This document shows, one piece after another, positions 1 through 8,862 of a stretch of DNA of 64,000 bases. The notes beneath the pieces are model-generated. The model was not told the origin of the DNA and did no database searches. It was given only the letters and a program-made list of their open reading frames with translations. The stretch comes from Verrucomicrobiota bacterium (lineage in GTDB: Bacteria; Verrucomicrobiota; Verrucomicrobiia; Opitutales; Opitutaceae), in the NCBI GenBank assembly GCA_023399155.1, contig JAEWQP010000002.1:145593-209592 (forward strand), in the 5' to 3' direction. The position numbers and the translations under genes were made by a program. The number at the start of each line of letters is the position of its first letter. Position 1 is the stretch's first letter.

Positions 1-588
1 GCGTTTCCCACGCTCGAGGCCGTGGAGGCCACCGCCGTGCGCTGCCCGCACACCGCCACCGCCCAGGCCATGATCGAGCGGATCAAGGCCGTGCGGTCCG
101 AGGGCGACTCGGTCGGCGGCGTCATTGCATGCCGGGTACGCCATGTGCCCGTCGGTCTCGGCGAGCCGGTGTTCGACCGGCTGGAGGCGGACCTCGCCCG
201 CGCCATGCTTTCGCTTCCCGCCACGAAGGGGTTCGAGGTCGGCAGTGGTTTTGCCGGCGCTCTCCTGCGTGGTTCCGAGCACAACGACCTGTTTGAGAAT
301 CGCGAGGGCCGGGTGCGGACGAAGACCAACCGATCCGGCGGCGTCCAGGGCGGGATCAGCAACGGCGAGGAGATCGTCTTTCGCACGGCCTTCAAACCGA
401 CCGCGACGATCCTGCGACCCCAGGCCACGGTCGACCTCGAGGGCCGCGAGACCGAGCTGATCGGCCGCGGCAGGCACGACCCCTGCGTGGTCCCGCGCGC
501 CGTGCCGATCGTCGAGGCAATGACCGCGCTCGTGCTCGTCGACCACTGGATGCGCCAGCACGCACAGAATCGCTGCTTCGCGTTCTAG
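1..588 (+). CDS. aroC: chorismate synthase, C-terminal part (gene begins upstream of window)
   Basis: Frame is open from base 1; translation ...[46 protein letters not shown]...[27 protein letters not shown] matches chorismate synthase C-terminal motifs. Confidence 0.85.
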   Translation, partial: AFPTLEAVEATAVRCPHTATAQAMIERIKAVRSEGDSVGGVIACRVRHVPVGLGEPVFDRLEADLARAMLSLPATKGFEVGSGFAGALLRGSEHNDLFENREGRVRTKTNRSGGVQGGISNGEEIVFRTAFKPTATILRPQATVDLEGRETELIGRGRHDPCVVPRAVPIVEAMTALVLVDHWMRQHAQNRCFAF

Positions 589-1076
589 CTCCGCAAGAGC
601 GCGTGTTTGGTGCGTCGGTCTGTGGGACGGCGAGGTCTCCCACTTTCACCAAGGCGTCGGCAGGCAGGCCGGCCGGAACGAGGCGATCCGCTCGTTTCGG
701 CACGCATTGCCCCGCAAAGGTCAGCACTTCCGACTGCACGCTGGAACTTGCGCGTACCAGCTTGATTTCCTCGTTTGAATCAGGTCACAGCGGGCACCGC
801 CCTCCGCCAAGGCTTCGGTTTGGCAGGCACAAGGACGATCCTGGAGTTCACCGGACTGTCTTTGCAGAACCAACGTGGCGTCTTCATCGATCCACCTCCC
901 AGGCGATGAACTGAAGCGGCTGAATCGTCGGCAATTCTCTGTGCCCTCGGCACTGCCCTCCGTGTTCTGTGTGTACCCTGGCGCCAGGGTGGTCGCGTTG
1001 GACATATGGGCCGGACGGTTCTCCACCTTTCGGTTGCGGCGCCGGATGAATCCCGAAAAGTGTCCGCCTTCCGTTC

Positions 1077-1880
1077 ATGAATGCTCCCCATGCCTACATC
1101 ATCCTTGGTGCGTCCGGCTCCGGTCGCAGGTCCGTGCTGGCCGACCTCATCGGGAACGGTCTCGACGATGCGGCCCGCCCGGTGTTGCTGACGGCCGCTT
1201 CGGAAACGCCCGCGCCGGACGCGGTCGCCGCTCTCCTGGAGGGCATGCCGTCCTTGGTTCAGGGAACGTGGACGATGACCGACGGGCGCGTGGCCGGCGC
1301 AGCCGTGCCGGAAGGCGCGACCCACGTGTTCATCGTCGCCGACGGCCGCGCCAATCCCGTGGACCAGGTGGAGGCGCTGCACGGATGGTTTCCGTCCGCG
1401 GGCCTTGAGCTGGGACGCATCATCACCGTGGTGAGCTGCCGGCTGGCCAGCACCCACCCGGAACTGCAGCGCTGGTACGACGCCTGCGTGCATTTTTCCG
1501 ATGTCGTGCTCCTGAGTCAGAGGGACGATGTATCGAACAAGTGGGTATCCGATTTCATCGCACGTTACCGCAAGCAGCACTATCCCTGCCTGATCGAGCT
1601 GGCGAAGAAGTCCGGCATGGACAACCCCGCGCTCATCCTCGAGCCCCAGGCGCGCCGCATGTCCCTGCTCTTCGATGCGGAGGACACGTGGTCCGTGTCG
1701 GGCGACGACGCCACGGCCGTCGAGGACGAGGTCGACGATGACGATGAGGACGACAACCCGTCGGCGGATGGCGTTGACGACCCGGACCTGATCGGCGAGG
1801 TCGACCCCTACATCGAGCGGCTGGCGGGTTCCGGGCGGCGTGCCCGCGAGATCCCCGACATCCGCAAGTTCGTTTCCTGA
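1077..1880 (+). CDS. P-loop NTPase-like protein (degenerate G3E/CobW-like fold) with polyacidic C-terminal tail
   Basis: ATG at 1077. N-terminal GASGSGRRS resembles a Walker A motif with Arg in place of Lys. VFIVADG (Walker B-like) and SDVVLLSQRD (NKxD-like) follow. C-terminal DDDDEDDNPSADGVDDPD acidic stretch. Coherent protein-like composition, unlike the overlapping Arg-rich minus ORF 780..1580. Confidence 0.5.
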   Translation: MNAPHAYIILGASGSGRRSVLADLIGNGLDDAARPVLLTAASETPAPDAVAALLEGMPSLVQGTWTMTDGRVAGAAVPEGATHVFIVADGRANPVDQVEALHGWFPSAGLELGRIITVVSCRLASTHPELQRWYDACVHFSDVVLLSQRDDVSNKWVSDFIARYRKQHYPCLIELAKKSGMDNPALILEPQARRMSLLFDAEDTWSVSGDDATAVEDEVDDDDEDDNPSADGVDDPDLIGEVDPYIERLAGSGRRAREIPDIRKFVS

Positions 1881-1889
1881 CCGTCGCGC

Positions 1890-2483
1890 TCAGGCAAACC
1901 GCACCGGGTTTCGCGCGAGTTCGCGTCGCGCGATCCACTCCACGCGCGTGAGCCGGTAGAGCACATGAGCCCGCAGCGGATGTCCGACGGGTAGTGCGGG
2001 GTGTTCGAAGTCGTCGCTGTCGCGGTGGCGCATGCCCAGCCGCTCCATGACGCGGCGCGACCTCAGGTTGCCGGCGGCGGTGAACGAAACGATCTCGGGA
2101 AGCTCACGCGTCTCGAAGCCGTGGCGGAGTGCGGCCCTCGCCGCCTCCGTGGCGTATCCGTGACCCCATGCCGTCGACGCGAGCCGCCAGCCGACTTCCA
2201 CGCACGGCGTGAAGTGCGCCTCGAAGCGCGGGACCGAGAGTCCGACGAATCCGATGAACGGATCGCCGTCCTTCACCTCGACGGCCCAGAGTCCGAATCC
2301 GTGCGCGGCGAACGCGGCTTCGATGCGGTCGACCATCGCATCGCTCTGCGCGCGCGTGAGCCGGTCGCCAAGGTGCTCCATCACGCGCGGATCGGCGTTC
2401 ACTTGCGCAAACGGTTCGCGATCGTCCCGTCGCCAGCGCCGCAGTCGCAGCCGCGCCGTTTCAAGCTCCAGGAGGGTTTCCAT
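1890..2483 (-). CDS. GNAT family N-acetyltransferase (RimJ/RimL-like)
   Basis: Start METLLELETARLRLRRW (ATG by offset in ORF 1890..2801). GNAT fold motifs FIGFVGL, WRLASTAWGHGYATEAARAALRHGF. The upstream part of the ORF is Arg/Ser-rich and non-protein-like. Confidence 0.7.
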   Translation of the reverse strand: METLLELETARLRLRRWRRDDREPFAQVNADPRVMEHLGDRLTRAQSDAMVDRIEAAFAAHGFGLWAVEVKDGDPFIGFVGLSVPRFEAHFTPCVEVGWRLASTAWGHGYATEAARAALRHGFETRELPEIVSFTAAGNLRSRRVMERLGMRHRDSDDFEHPALPVGHPLRAHVLYRLTRVEWIARRELARNPVRFA

Positions 2484-2958
2484 GGCAATGCGTGCGGAGG
2501 AAGTGGCGGGGCACGAGCGTGCTGAGGTCGACCCCGAGTTCCGGCGCGAGCGCGAGCACTCGCGTGCGTGCGTGTTCCTGCTTCGCGCCGAAATGCTCGT
2601 GCTCCTCGCGATTGAACGACTCGGCCGCGTCCTCCAGCAGGTACCAGACGTGAAGGTATGCGGGCAGGGCCGCGGCGCGGTCGCCATCCTCCTCGGCCAT
2701 GTCGGCCTCCTGAAGCAGCAGCTCGGCCAGCAGGACGGCGCGGATGAAGCGAAGCTCGCCACCGTGGCGCAGCAACTCGGCAACCATCTCCGGCGTGGCA
2801 TCGCGGATCAGGCTCAACGGAAGTCCAGTGTGCTGCAGCGCCTGCTTCTCGATCGCCGCGCGCGCCTCGGGCCGCTGCGCACCCTTCCGCTTGGCCACGA
2901 TCTCCGCCAGCATCAGCGCGACATGGTCGATGAGGCGGAGAATGTAGTCGCGAGCCAT
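2461..2958 (-). CDS. hypothetical helical protein
   Basis: Start MARDYILRLIDHVALMLAEIV. Protein-like composition. Its stop overlaps the downstream GNAT start. No recognisable family. Confidence 0.4.
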   Translation of the reverse strand: MARDYILRLIDHVALMLAEIVAKRKGAQRPEARAAIEKQALQHTGLPLSLIRDATPEMVAELLRHGGELRFIRAVLLAELLLQEADMAEEDGDRAAALPAYLHVWYLLEDAAESFNREEHEHFGAKQEHARTRVLALAPELGVDLSTLVPRHFLRTHCHGNPPGA

Positions 2959-3142
2959 GCCGGCATCTTGTCCGGACATCCCCGCGCGGCAATGGCGGAT
3001 GTCCGGTTCTTCGCCGAGCACCAGGAGGCCGGGCTCCGCTCCAGCACCACCAGCGTGGTCTCACGAGAGCAGCGAAGAATCGAGACAACCGCCTGGATCT
3101 CGACAGGCCGTCGCTGCCGCCGCGAATCGTTGCCAGGAGCTG

Positions 3143-3862
3143 TCATCCGCTTGCGCGTCCGAGACCAGCGGTCAGGTCCGAGAGCCTGGATCGTTGGCGT
3201 CCGTCCATGGCGAAGTTTCCCGGATCCAGCCAGCGCTCGTACGCGAGCCGCAGCGCCGGCCACTCGGTGTCGAGGACCGAGAACCAGGCCGTGTCACGGT
3301 TGCGACCCTTGACGACAACCGCCTGACGAAAGGTGCCTTCGTAGGTGAATCCCAGCCGGCGCGCGGCCGTGTGCGAGGGGGCGTTGAGCACGTCGCATTT
3401 CCACTCGCAGCGACGATACCCGAGCTCGAAGGCGTATCGCATCATCAAATACAGGGCCTCCGTGGCTGCCCGAGTCCTTTGCAGCCGCGGTGCGAACGCC
3501 AGATGGCCGACCTCGATGACGCCGTTCCTTCGATCGATGCGCAGGTAGGCGGCAAGCCCGGAAGCTCGCCCGCCCGCGAGTTCAATCAGGGTGAAGAACC
3601 GCGGGTCGTCGCCGAGGCATTTCTGCTCCATCCAGGCGCGGTACTCACCGCTCGAGGCAAATGGTCCATACGGCAGGTAGGTCCATATCGCCCCATCGCG
3701 ATCCTCCGAGTACGCCGCGAACAAGTCGTCCGCGTGGGCGTCCGGGGTCACGGGTTCGAGTCGACAGTACTGGCCCTGCATCGTCGCGCCCGCCGGGGCG
3801 GGCGGTGACTGCCAGGCGGGCAACGGCGCCCCCAGGGGCTGGCCGAGATGATTGTGACGCAT
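3143..3862 (-). CDS. GNAT family N-acetyltransferase
   Basis: RLEPVTPDAHADDLFAAY...IEVGHLAFAPRLQRTRAATEALYLMMRYAFELGYRRCEWKCDVLNAPSHTAARRLGFTYEG is a typical GNAT core. Start chosen at MRHNHL. An alternative is MQGQY at 3781, and the ORF track start is 3946. Confidence 0.65.
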   Translation of the reverse strand: MRHNHLGQPLGAPLPAWQSPPAPAGATMQGQYCRLEPVTPDAHADDLFAAYSEDRDGAIWTYLPYGPFASSGEYRAWMEQKCLGDDPRFFTLIELAGGRASGLAAYLRIDRRNGVIEVGHLAFAPRLQRTRAATEALYLMMRYAFELGYRRCEWKCDVLNAPSHTAARRLGFTYEGTFRQAVVVKGRNRDTAWFSVLDTEWPALRLAYERWLDPGNFAMDGRQRSRLSDLTAGLGRASG

Positions 3863-3998
3863 GCTGCCGTCCACGAACGTCCTCCGCCCGACGCCCGTCA
3901 AGGCCCCTGTCTCGCGTTCGGCGCGCCCGCCCGCGCACAATGTCAATCAATGAATGACATTGTGCGCGAGCGCTTGTCAGGGCGCCGCGCGGGATATG

Positions 3999-4877
3999 TC
4001 AGCTATTGGATGACGTTATCGGCGGGGCGCGGAAGGTGCGGCGGCGTGGGTCGGGGTCGGGGAGGGCGGCCACGAGGCGGCGTGTGTACGCCTCCGCGGG
4101 CTCGCGGAAGAGGCGCGGTGACTCGCCATGCTCGACGACGCGGCCGCCGTGCATCACCACGACCTGGCGGCTCATCGCCGCGACGGTGTGGAGATCGTGC
4201 GAGATGAAGAGAAGCGTCACACCGGTGTGCGCCTGCAGTTCGCGCAGCAGCGCAAGCACCTGGGCCTGCGTGCGGGTGTCGAGCGCGCTGGTCACCTCGT
4301 CGCAGACAATGAACTCGGGATTCATGATGAGCGCCCGCGCGATGGCGATGCGCTGCCGCTGCCCGCCTGAGAATTCGTGGGGGAAGCGATCCAGGTGCGC
4401 CCACTCGAGTCCGACGGACTCCAGCGTGGCGGCGGCGCGCTCGCGGATCTCCCCGGCGCTGCTGCCACCGGCGATGAAGAGACCTTCACCGACGACCTGC
4501 CAGACCGGCCGGGCCGGGTTGAGCGAATGGTAGGGATCTTGGAAGATCACCTGCATGCGCGGGCGGAAGCGCCGGAGCGCCGCGCCCCGGAGACTGCGTA
4601 GGTCGACTGCCGATCCATCGGCGCCGTGCCAGGAGATCGTTCCTGCGTCCGGTTCAACGAGGCGAAGGAGGCAGCGGCCCAGGGTCGACTTGCCGCTGCC
4701 GCTTTCGCCCACGATCCCCAGCGTCGTTCCGCGCGGGATGTCCAGCGAGACGTCATCGAGCGCCCGCACGACGTGCCCCGCCCGTCCGAACAGTCCCGGG
4801 CGCTGGCGGAAGGTCTTCGTGAGATGGCGGATCGAAATCAGCACGGCGGAAGGGGGAAAAGGGACCACAGAGGACAC
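3999..4877 (-). CDS. ABC transporter ATP-binding protein (oligopeptide/dipeptide OppF/DppF-like)
   Basis: Walker A GESGSGKST, signature LSGGQRQRIAIARAL, Walker B IVCDEVTSALD, H-loop ISHDL. Apparent GTG start. Confidence 0.85.
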   Translation of the reverse strand: MSSVVPFPPSAVLISIRHLTKTFRQRPGLFGRAGHVVRALDDVSLDIPRGTTLGIVGESGSGKSTLGRCLLRLVEPDAGTISWHGADGSAVDLRSLRGAALRRFRPRMQVIFQDPYHSLNPARPVWQVVGEGLFIAGGSSAGEIRERAAATLESVGLEWAHLDRFPHEFSGGQRQRIAIARALIMNPEFIVCDEVTSALDTRTQAQVLALLRELQAHTGVTLLFISHDLHTVAAMSRQVVVMHGGRVVEHGESPRLFREPAEAYTRRLVAALPDPDPRRRTFRAPPITSSNS

Positions 4878-5122
4878 GGAGGACGGAACGAGTTCACAGA
4901 GCGTCTATTGTGCCGCGTTCGTCAAAGGCCAGGGGGCTCATCGCGCGGGTGAAGGCAGGGTCGGTGCAGTAGGGTATCCCTCGGTGTCCTCGGGCTCGCT
5001 CTCTGTGCTCTCTTTGACCGGCTTGCTCGGATTCCTGAACCTCGATCGCGGAGAAGGCGCGGCTTCATCAACGTGAATCAGCGGTTTCCCTCGCTAGGTT
5101 CATCAGTGCTCGTCAATGGGGT

Positions 5123-5950
5123 TCAGTGCTTCAAGTTCTTGGGACTCGCGGCGAGGAGTTCGCGGGTGTAGGTGTTTTGTGGATGCTCGAAGAGCGCGAA
5201 GACGTTCGCCTGCTCGACTTCGCGGCCGTCGCGCATGACAAGTACGCGATCGGCCATCTCGGCGACAAGGGCAAGGTTGTGGGTGATGAAGAGCATGGCC
5301 GTGCCGGCGGCGTCCTGGATCTCGGCCAGGAGCTCGAGCACGCCACGCTGCACGGACGCGTCGAGGGCGGTGGTGGGTTCATCGGCGATGAGCAGGTCCG
5401 GCTCACACGCGATGGCAATCGCGATCGCGACGCGCTGGAGCATGCCTCCGCTGAGTTCGTGTGGGTAGGCGTGAAAGCGGCGGGCTGCGTCGGCGATGCG
5501 CACGCGGTCCATCGCGGCGATCGCCCGTGCGCGTGCGGTGCGACGGTCGAGTCCGAGATGCACGCGGATGACCTCCTCGATCTGCGCGCCGACCTTCACG
5601 GCGGGATTGACCGCGGCGGTAGGCTCCTGGAACACGAGCCCGATCTCGTTTCCGCGCAGGGCACGAAGCTCGCGTTCGCCAACCTTCAACAGATCGCGGC
5701 CCCGCCAGTCGATCCTGCCTGCAGTCACACGCAGCGGCGTCGGGACGAGGCCAAGAATCGCCAGCCCAGTCATCGACTTCCCGGCACCGCTTTCCCCGAC
5801 CACCGCGAGAGTCTCGCCCTTCGCGATCGAGAAGGAGAGCGCATCCACGATCGGCCGCGGCCCTCCCGGCGCGGTGATCGTCAAGCCTTCGACCGTGAGC
5901 AACGCGTCATCTGCCTGAACGGATTGAACCACAGAGGACACAGAGGGCAC
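5123..5950 (-). CDS. ABC transporter ATP-binding protein (OppD/DppD-like)
   Basis: GESGAGKS, LSGGMLQRVAIAIAIA, LLIADEPTTALD, ITHNL. Apparent GTG start. Confidence 0.85.
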   Translation of the reverse strand: MPSVSSVVQSVQADDALLTVEGLTITAPGGPRPIVDALSFSIAKGETLAVVGESGAGKSMTGLAILGLVPTPLRVTAGRIDWRGRDLLKVGERELRALRGNEIGLVFQEPTAAVNPAVKVGAQIEEVIRVHLGLDRRTARARAIAAMDRVRIADAARRFHAYPHELSGGMLQRVAIAIAIACEPDLLIADEPTTALDASVQRGVLELLAEIQDAAGTAMLFITHNLALVAEMADRVLVMRDGREVEQANVFALFEHPQNTYTRELLAASPKNLKH

Positions 5951-6112
5951 AGAGTTGAAGGCAGGAGAGAGGTTGGGTGGTGATCCGCGGGTGCTTCAGA
6001 ATGGGCGCGACGGCCTCGTTGGCGCGGAGGCTACGATTTTTCTGCTGTGAATGCTCTTCCTGAATCCTCATCGGCTTCCGTTCGCTGTGCCTTTCGTGTG
6101 CCTAGTGGTAAC

Positions 6113-8680
6113 TCAACCTCCGAAAAGATGGAGCTGTGAGTCGTCCGCCGGAGCGACATGGATGGTGCGCCTGGGCCGGCTTCTGGGCACCGGCGCGGAC
6201 ACGGTGACCACGGCTTCGTCAGATTCGAGCTGGCTCATGATCTCCGACGCTCGGGCGATGACTTCGCGCGGGAGCCCGGCAAGCTTCGCGACCTGGATGC
6301 CGTAGCTGCGATCGGCCGCGCCCGGCACCACGCGACGGACGAACACGATCTCCTCGTTCCATTCCTTCACCGCCACCGAGTAGTTGCGCAGGCGCGACAG
6401 GTGTTTTTCCAATTGCGTCAACTCCTGGTAATGCGTCGCGAACAGCGTGCGCGGACCGCGCTCGGGATCGCGATGCAGGTGCTCCACTACCGCCCAGGCG
6501 ATGCTGACGCCGTCGTAGGTGGATGTGCCGCGGCCGATCTCGTCGAGGATGATGAGGCTGCGGTCGGTGGCATTGTTGAGGATGTTGGCGGTCTCGTTCA
6601 TCTCGACCATGAACGTCGAGTTGCCGCGGGCGAGGTCGTCGCTCGCACCCACGCGCGAGAAGATGCGGTCAACCAGCCCGAGTCGACAGGCCCGGGCGGG
6701 CACGAAGCAACCCGCCTGGGCCATGAGGGCGATGAGCGCGACCTGCCGGATGTAGGTCGACTTGCCCGCCATGTTCGGGCCGGTGATGAGCAGGATCTGC
6801 GCATCGCTCCCCGAGGTGGACGTGTCGTTGGGAACAAAGCTGTGCGTGCCGGCCACGCCGAGCGCCTGCTGCTTGAGCATCTGTTCCACGACGGGATGGC
6901 GACCCTCGGCGATCTCGAGCGTGTCGGAGTCGTCGAGATCGGGGCGGCACCACTTCCACTCGCGCGCGAGTGTGGCCCACCCCAGGAATACATCGAGTTC
7001 GGCCAATGCCTGTGCGGTCGTGCGCAGTCGATCGGCCTGGTCGAGAATGGCGGCCACGATCTCGCCGAAGAGGAACTGCTCGCGTGCCTGGGCGTTTTCC
7101 TCCGCGTGGAAGATCTCCTTCTCCTTCTGCCGGAGCGCCTCGGTGATGAAGCGCTCGCCGCCGACCATCGTCTGCTTGCGGATGTAGTCGGCCGGCACGT
7201 TGGCGAGGTTGCTCTTCGTGACCTCGATGAAGTAGCCGAACGCGCCGTTGAAGCGGACCTTGAGGTTCTTGATCCCGGTGCGCTCCTGCTCGGTGCGCTC
7301 GAGCTCCGCGAGCCAGTGCTGGTTGTCGCTCTTGAGCGACAGGAGGCGGTCGAGTTCGGCGTCGAATCCCGGCCGGATGTAGCCGCCCTCGGTCGTTTGG
7401 GCGGGGAGTTCGTCGCGGAGCGCGCGGCGGAGCAACTCGCGCAAGTCGGGCAGGTCGGTGATCCGCGCCGCGAGTGCGCCGAGTTCGGGCGCCGGCAGGG
7501 GCGCAAGGGCGTCGAGGATCGCTGGCAGCTGCTCGAGGGTGTCGCGCACGCCGCCGAGTTCCCGCGGATTGCGCAGGCGATTCTGCAGCCGGCCGAGGAT
7601 GCGCGTCACGTCGCGCACGCGCCCGAGCTGTTCGCGGAGATCCGCCGCGGTACCCGGGGCGCCCAGGAGGGCAGCGACGCAGGCCTGGCGCCGGCGCAGT
7701 TCTGGAAGGTCGATGCACGGCGCGATCAGGAACTGCTCGAGCTGGCGCGCACCCGCGGATGTGGTCGTGCCGTCCATGGCCGAGAGCAGGCTTCCCTCGC
7801 GCGTGCCACGGCTGCACTGGAATATCTCCAGATTGCGCAGCGTCGCCGGATCAATGAGCAGCGACGACGCGCAGCGGTACTCGCGGATCGTGCGGAGGTT
7901 TTCGGGCCGGGCGCGGAGGTTTTCCGTGGTGTAGTGGACGAGAGCGCCGGCGGCACCAAGGGCGGCGTGTTCGCTGGCGAGGCCGAAGCCCTGGAGATTG
8001 AGCACGCCGAGGGTTTCCATCACCGTGCGTGCGCCGCTCACGATCTCGAAGTGATAGCCTGGGATCTCGCTCACGGCGCGTCCGTCGCAGAACGCGGCCA
8101 GGGCATGGTGCGGGCCGGGCGTGCCGTGCGGATGTGCCCGCCAGGTCTCGAGCGCGCGCTCCGCAAGGACGAGTTCGGCGGGATTGAGCGCATGCAGCAC
8201 CGGGAGCAGTCGTTCCGGCTGTGAATCGCTCGCGAGTTGAAACTCCCCCGTCGAGAGTTCGATCCAGGCCGCGTGCAGGCCCGCCTTCGTGAGATCGAGC
8301 GCGACCAGGTAGTGGTTGCGGTTGGCCTGAAGCTGGTTGGCGTCGAGCGTCGTCCCCGGAGAAAGGATACGCGTGAGCGAGCGTTTCACCAGCTTGCCGG
8401 GTTGAGCCTCCTCCAACTGGTCGACGATCGCGACCTTGCGTCCGGCCTTGAGGATTTTTCCGACGTAGGCCTCGGCGGCGTGGTAGGGGATGCCGGCCAT
8501 CGGGTAGTCGTTGCGCCGGGTCAGGGTGATGCCCAGCAGCCGCGCCCCGATCTCCGCGTCCTCGTGGAACATCTCGTAGAAATCTCCGAGCCGGAAAAGC
8601 AGCAGCGTGTTTGCCGGGAGGGTGCGTTTCACCTCCAGGTACTGCTGCATCATGGGCGTGACTTTGGCGGGCTTGGACAT
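6113..8680 (-). CDS. mutS: DNA mismatch repair protein MutS
   Basis: 855 aa. N-terminal MSKPAKVTPMMQQYLEVK..., Walker A ITGPNMAGKSTYIRQVALI, and TDRSLIILDEIGRGTSTYDG are all MutS hallmarks. Confidence 0.95.
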   Translation of the reverse strand: MSKPAKVTPMMQQYLEVKRTLPANTLLLFRLGDFYEMFHEDAEIGARLLGITLTRRNDYPMAGIPYHAAEAYVGKILKAGRKVAIVDQLEEAQPGKLVKRSLTRILSPGTTLDANQLQANRNHYLVALDLTKAGLHAAWIELSTGEFQLASDSQPERLLPVLHALNPAELVLAERALETWRAHPHGTPGPHHALAAFCDGRAVSEIPGYHFEIVSGARTVMETLGVLNLQGFGLASEHAALGAAGALVHYTTENLRARPENLRTIREYRCASSLLIDPATLRNLEIFQCSRGTREGSLLSAMDGTTTSAGARQLEQFLIAPCIDLPELRRRQACVAALLGAPGTAADLREQLGRVRDVTRILGRLQNRLRNPRELGGVRDTLEQLPAILDALAPLPAPELGALAARITDLPDLRELLRRALRDELPAQTTEGGYIRPGFDAELDRLLSLKSDNQHWLAELERTEQERTGIKNLKVRFNGAFGYFIEVTKSNLANVPADYIRKQTMVGGERFITEALRQKEKEIFHAEENAQAREQFLFGEIVAAILDQADRLRTTAQALAELDVFLGWATLAREWKWCRPDLDDSDTLEIAEGRHPVVEQMLKQQALGVAGTHSFVPNDTSTSGSDAQILLITGPNMAGKSTYIRQVALIALMAQAGCFVPARACRLGLVDRIFSRVGASDDLARGNSTFMVEMNETANILNNATDRSLIILDEIGRGTSTYDGVSIAWAVVEHLHRDPERGPRTLFATHYQELTQLEKHLSRLRNYSVAVKEWNEEIVFVRRVVPGAADRSYGIQVAKLAGLPREVIARASEIMSQLESDEAVVTVSAPVPRSRPRRTIHVAPADDSQLHLFGG

Positions 8681-8862
8681 GCCTGAGGCTCCTGCTCCTT
8701 CTCCCGGTCTTTCTCGTTCCTCTTAAGCTTTCATTTTCCGTCACCGCAGCGCTCGGCACACTGCGCGGCGGAAAGAGAACGAAAACGAGAAGGATTGAAG
8801 AGAAAGATCCAAGAGAAAGAATCGGGGCGTTGGGGGATTGCCATGCGCATTTCCGCCCCGCA

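Noticed and set aside
780-1580. 266-aa minus-strand ORF overlapping the P-loop-like gene
   Set aside because: The translation is Arg/Pro/Gly-rich with no motifs. The plus-strand ORF has protein-like composition and NTPase-like motifs.
2209-3312. 367-aa plus-strand ORF across the GNAT/hypothetical region
   Set aside because: Ser/Arg-rich, non-protein-like. The minus strand carries two clear GNAT domains.
6158-8224. 688-aa plus-strand ORF antisense to mutS. Similar long antisense ORFs lie at 20825..22924, 22911..25445, 25465..27291, 49261..51822, 31103..32776, 27616..28788, 60010..61209 and 61258..62427.
   Set aside because: Their Arg/Ala/Gly/His-rich, low-complexity translations are typical of open antisense frames in high-GC DNA. 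The opposite strands encode clearly recognisable proteins.
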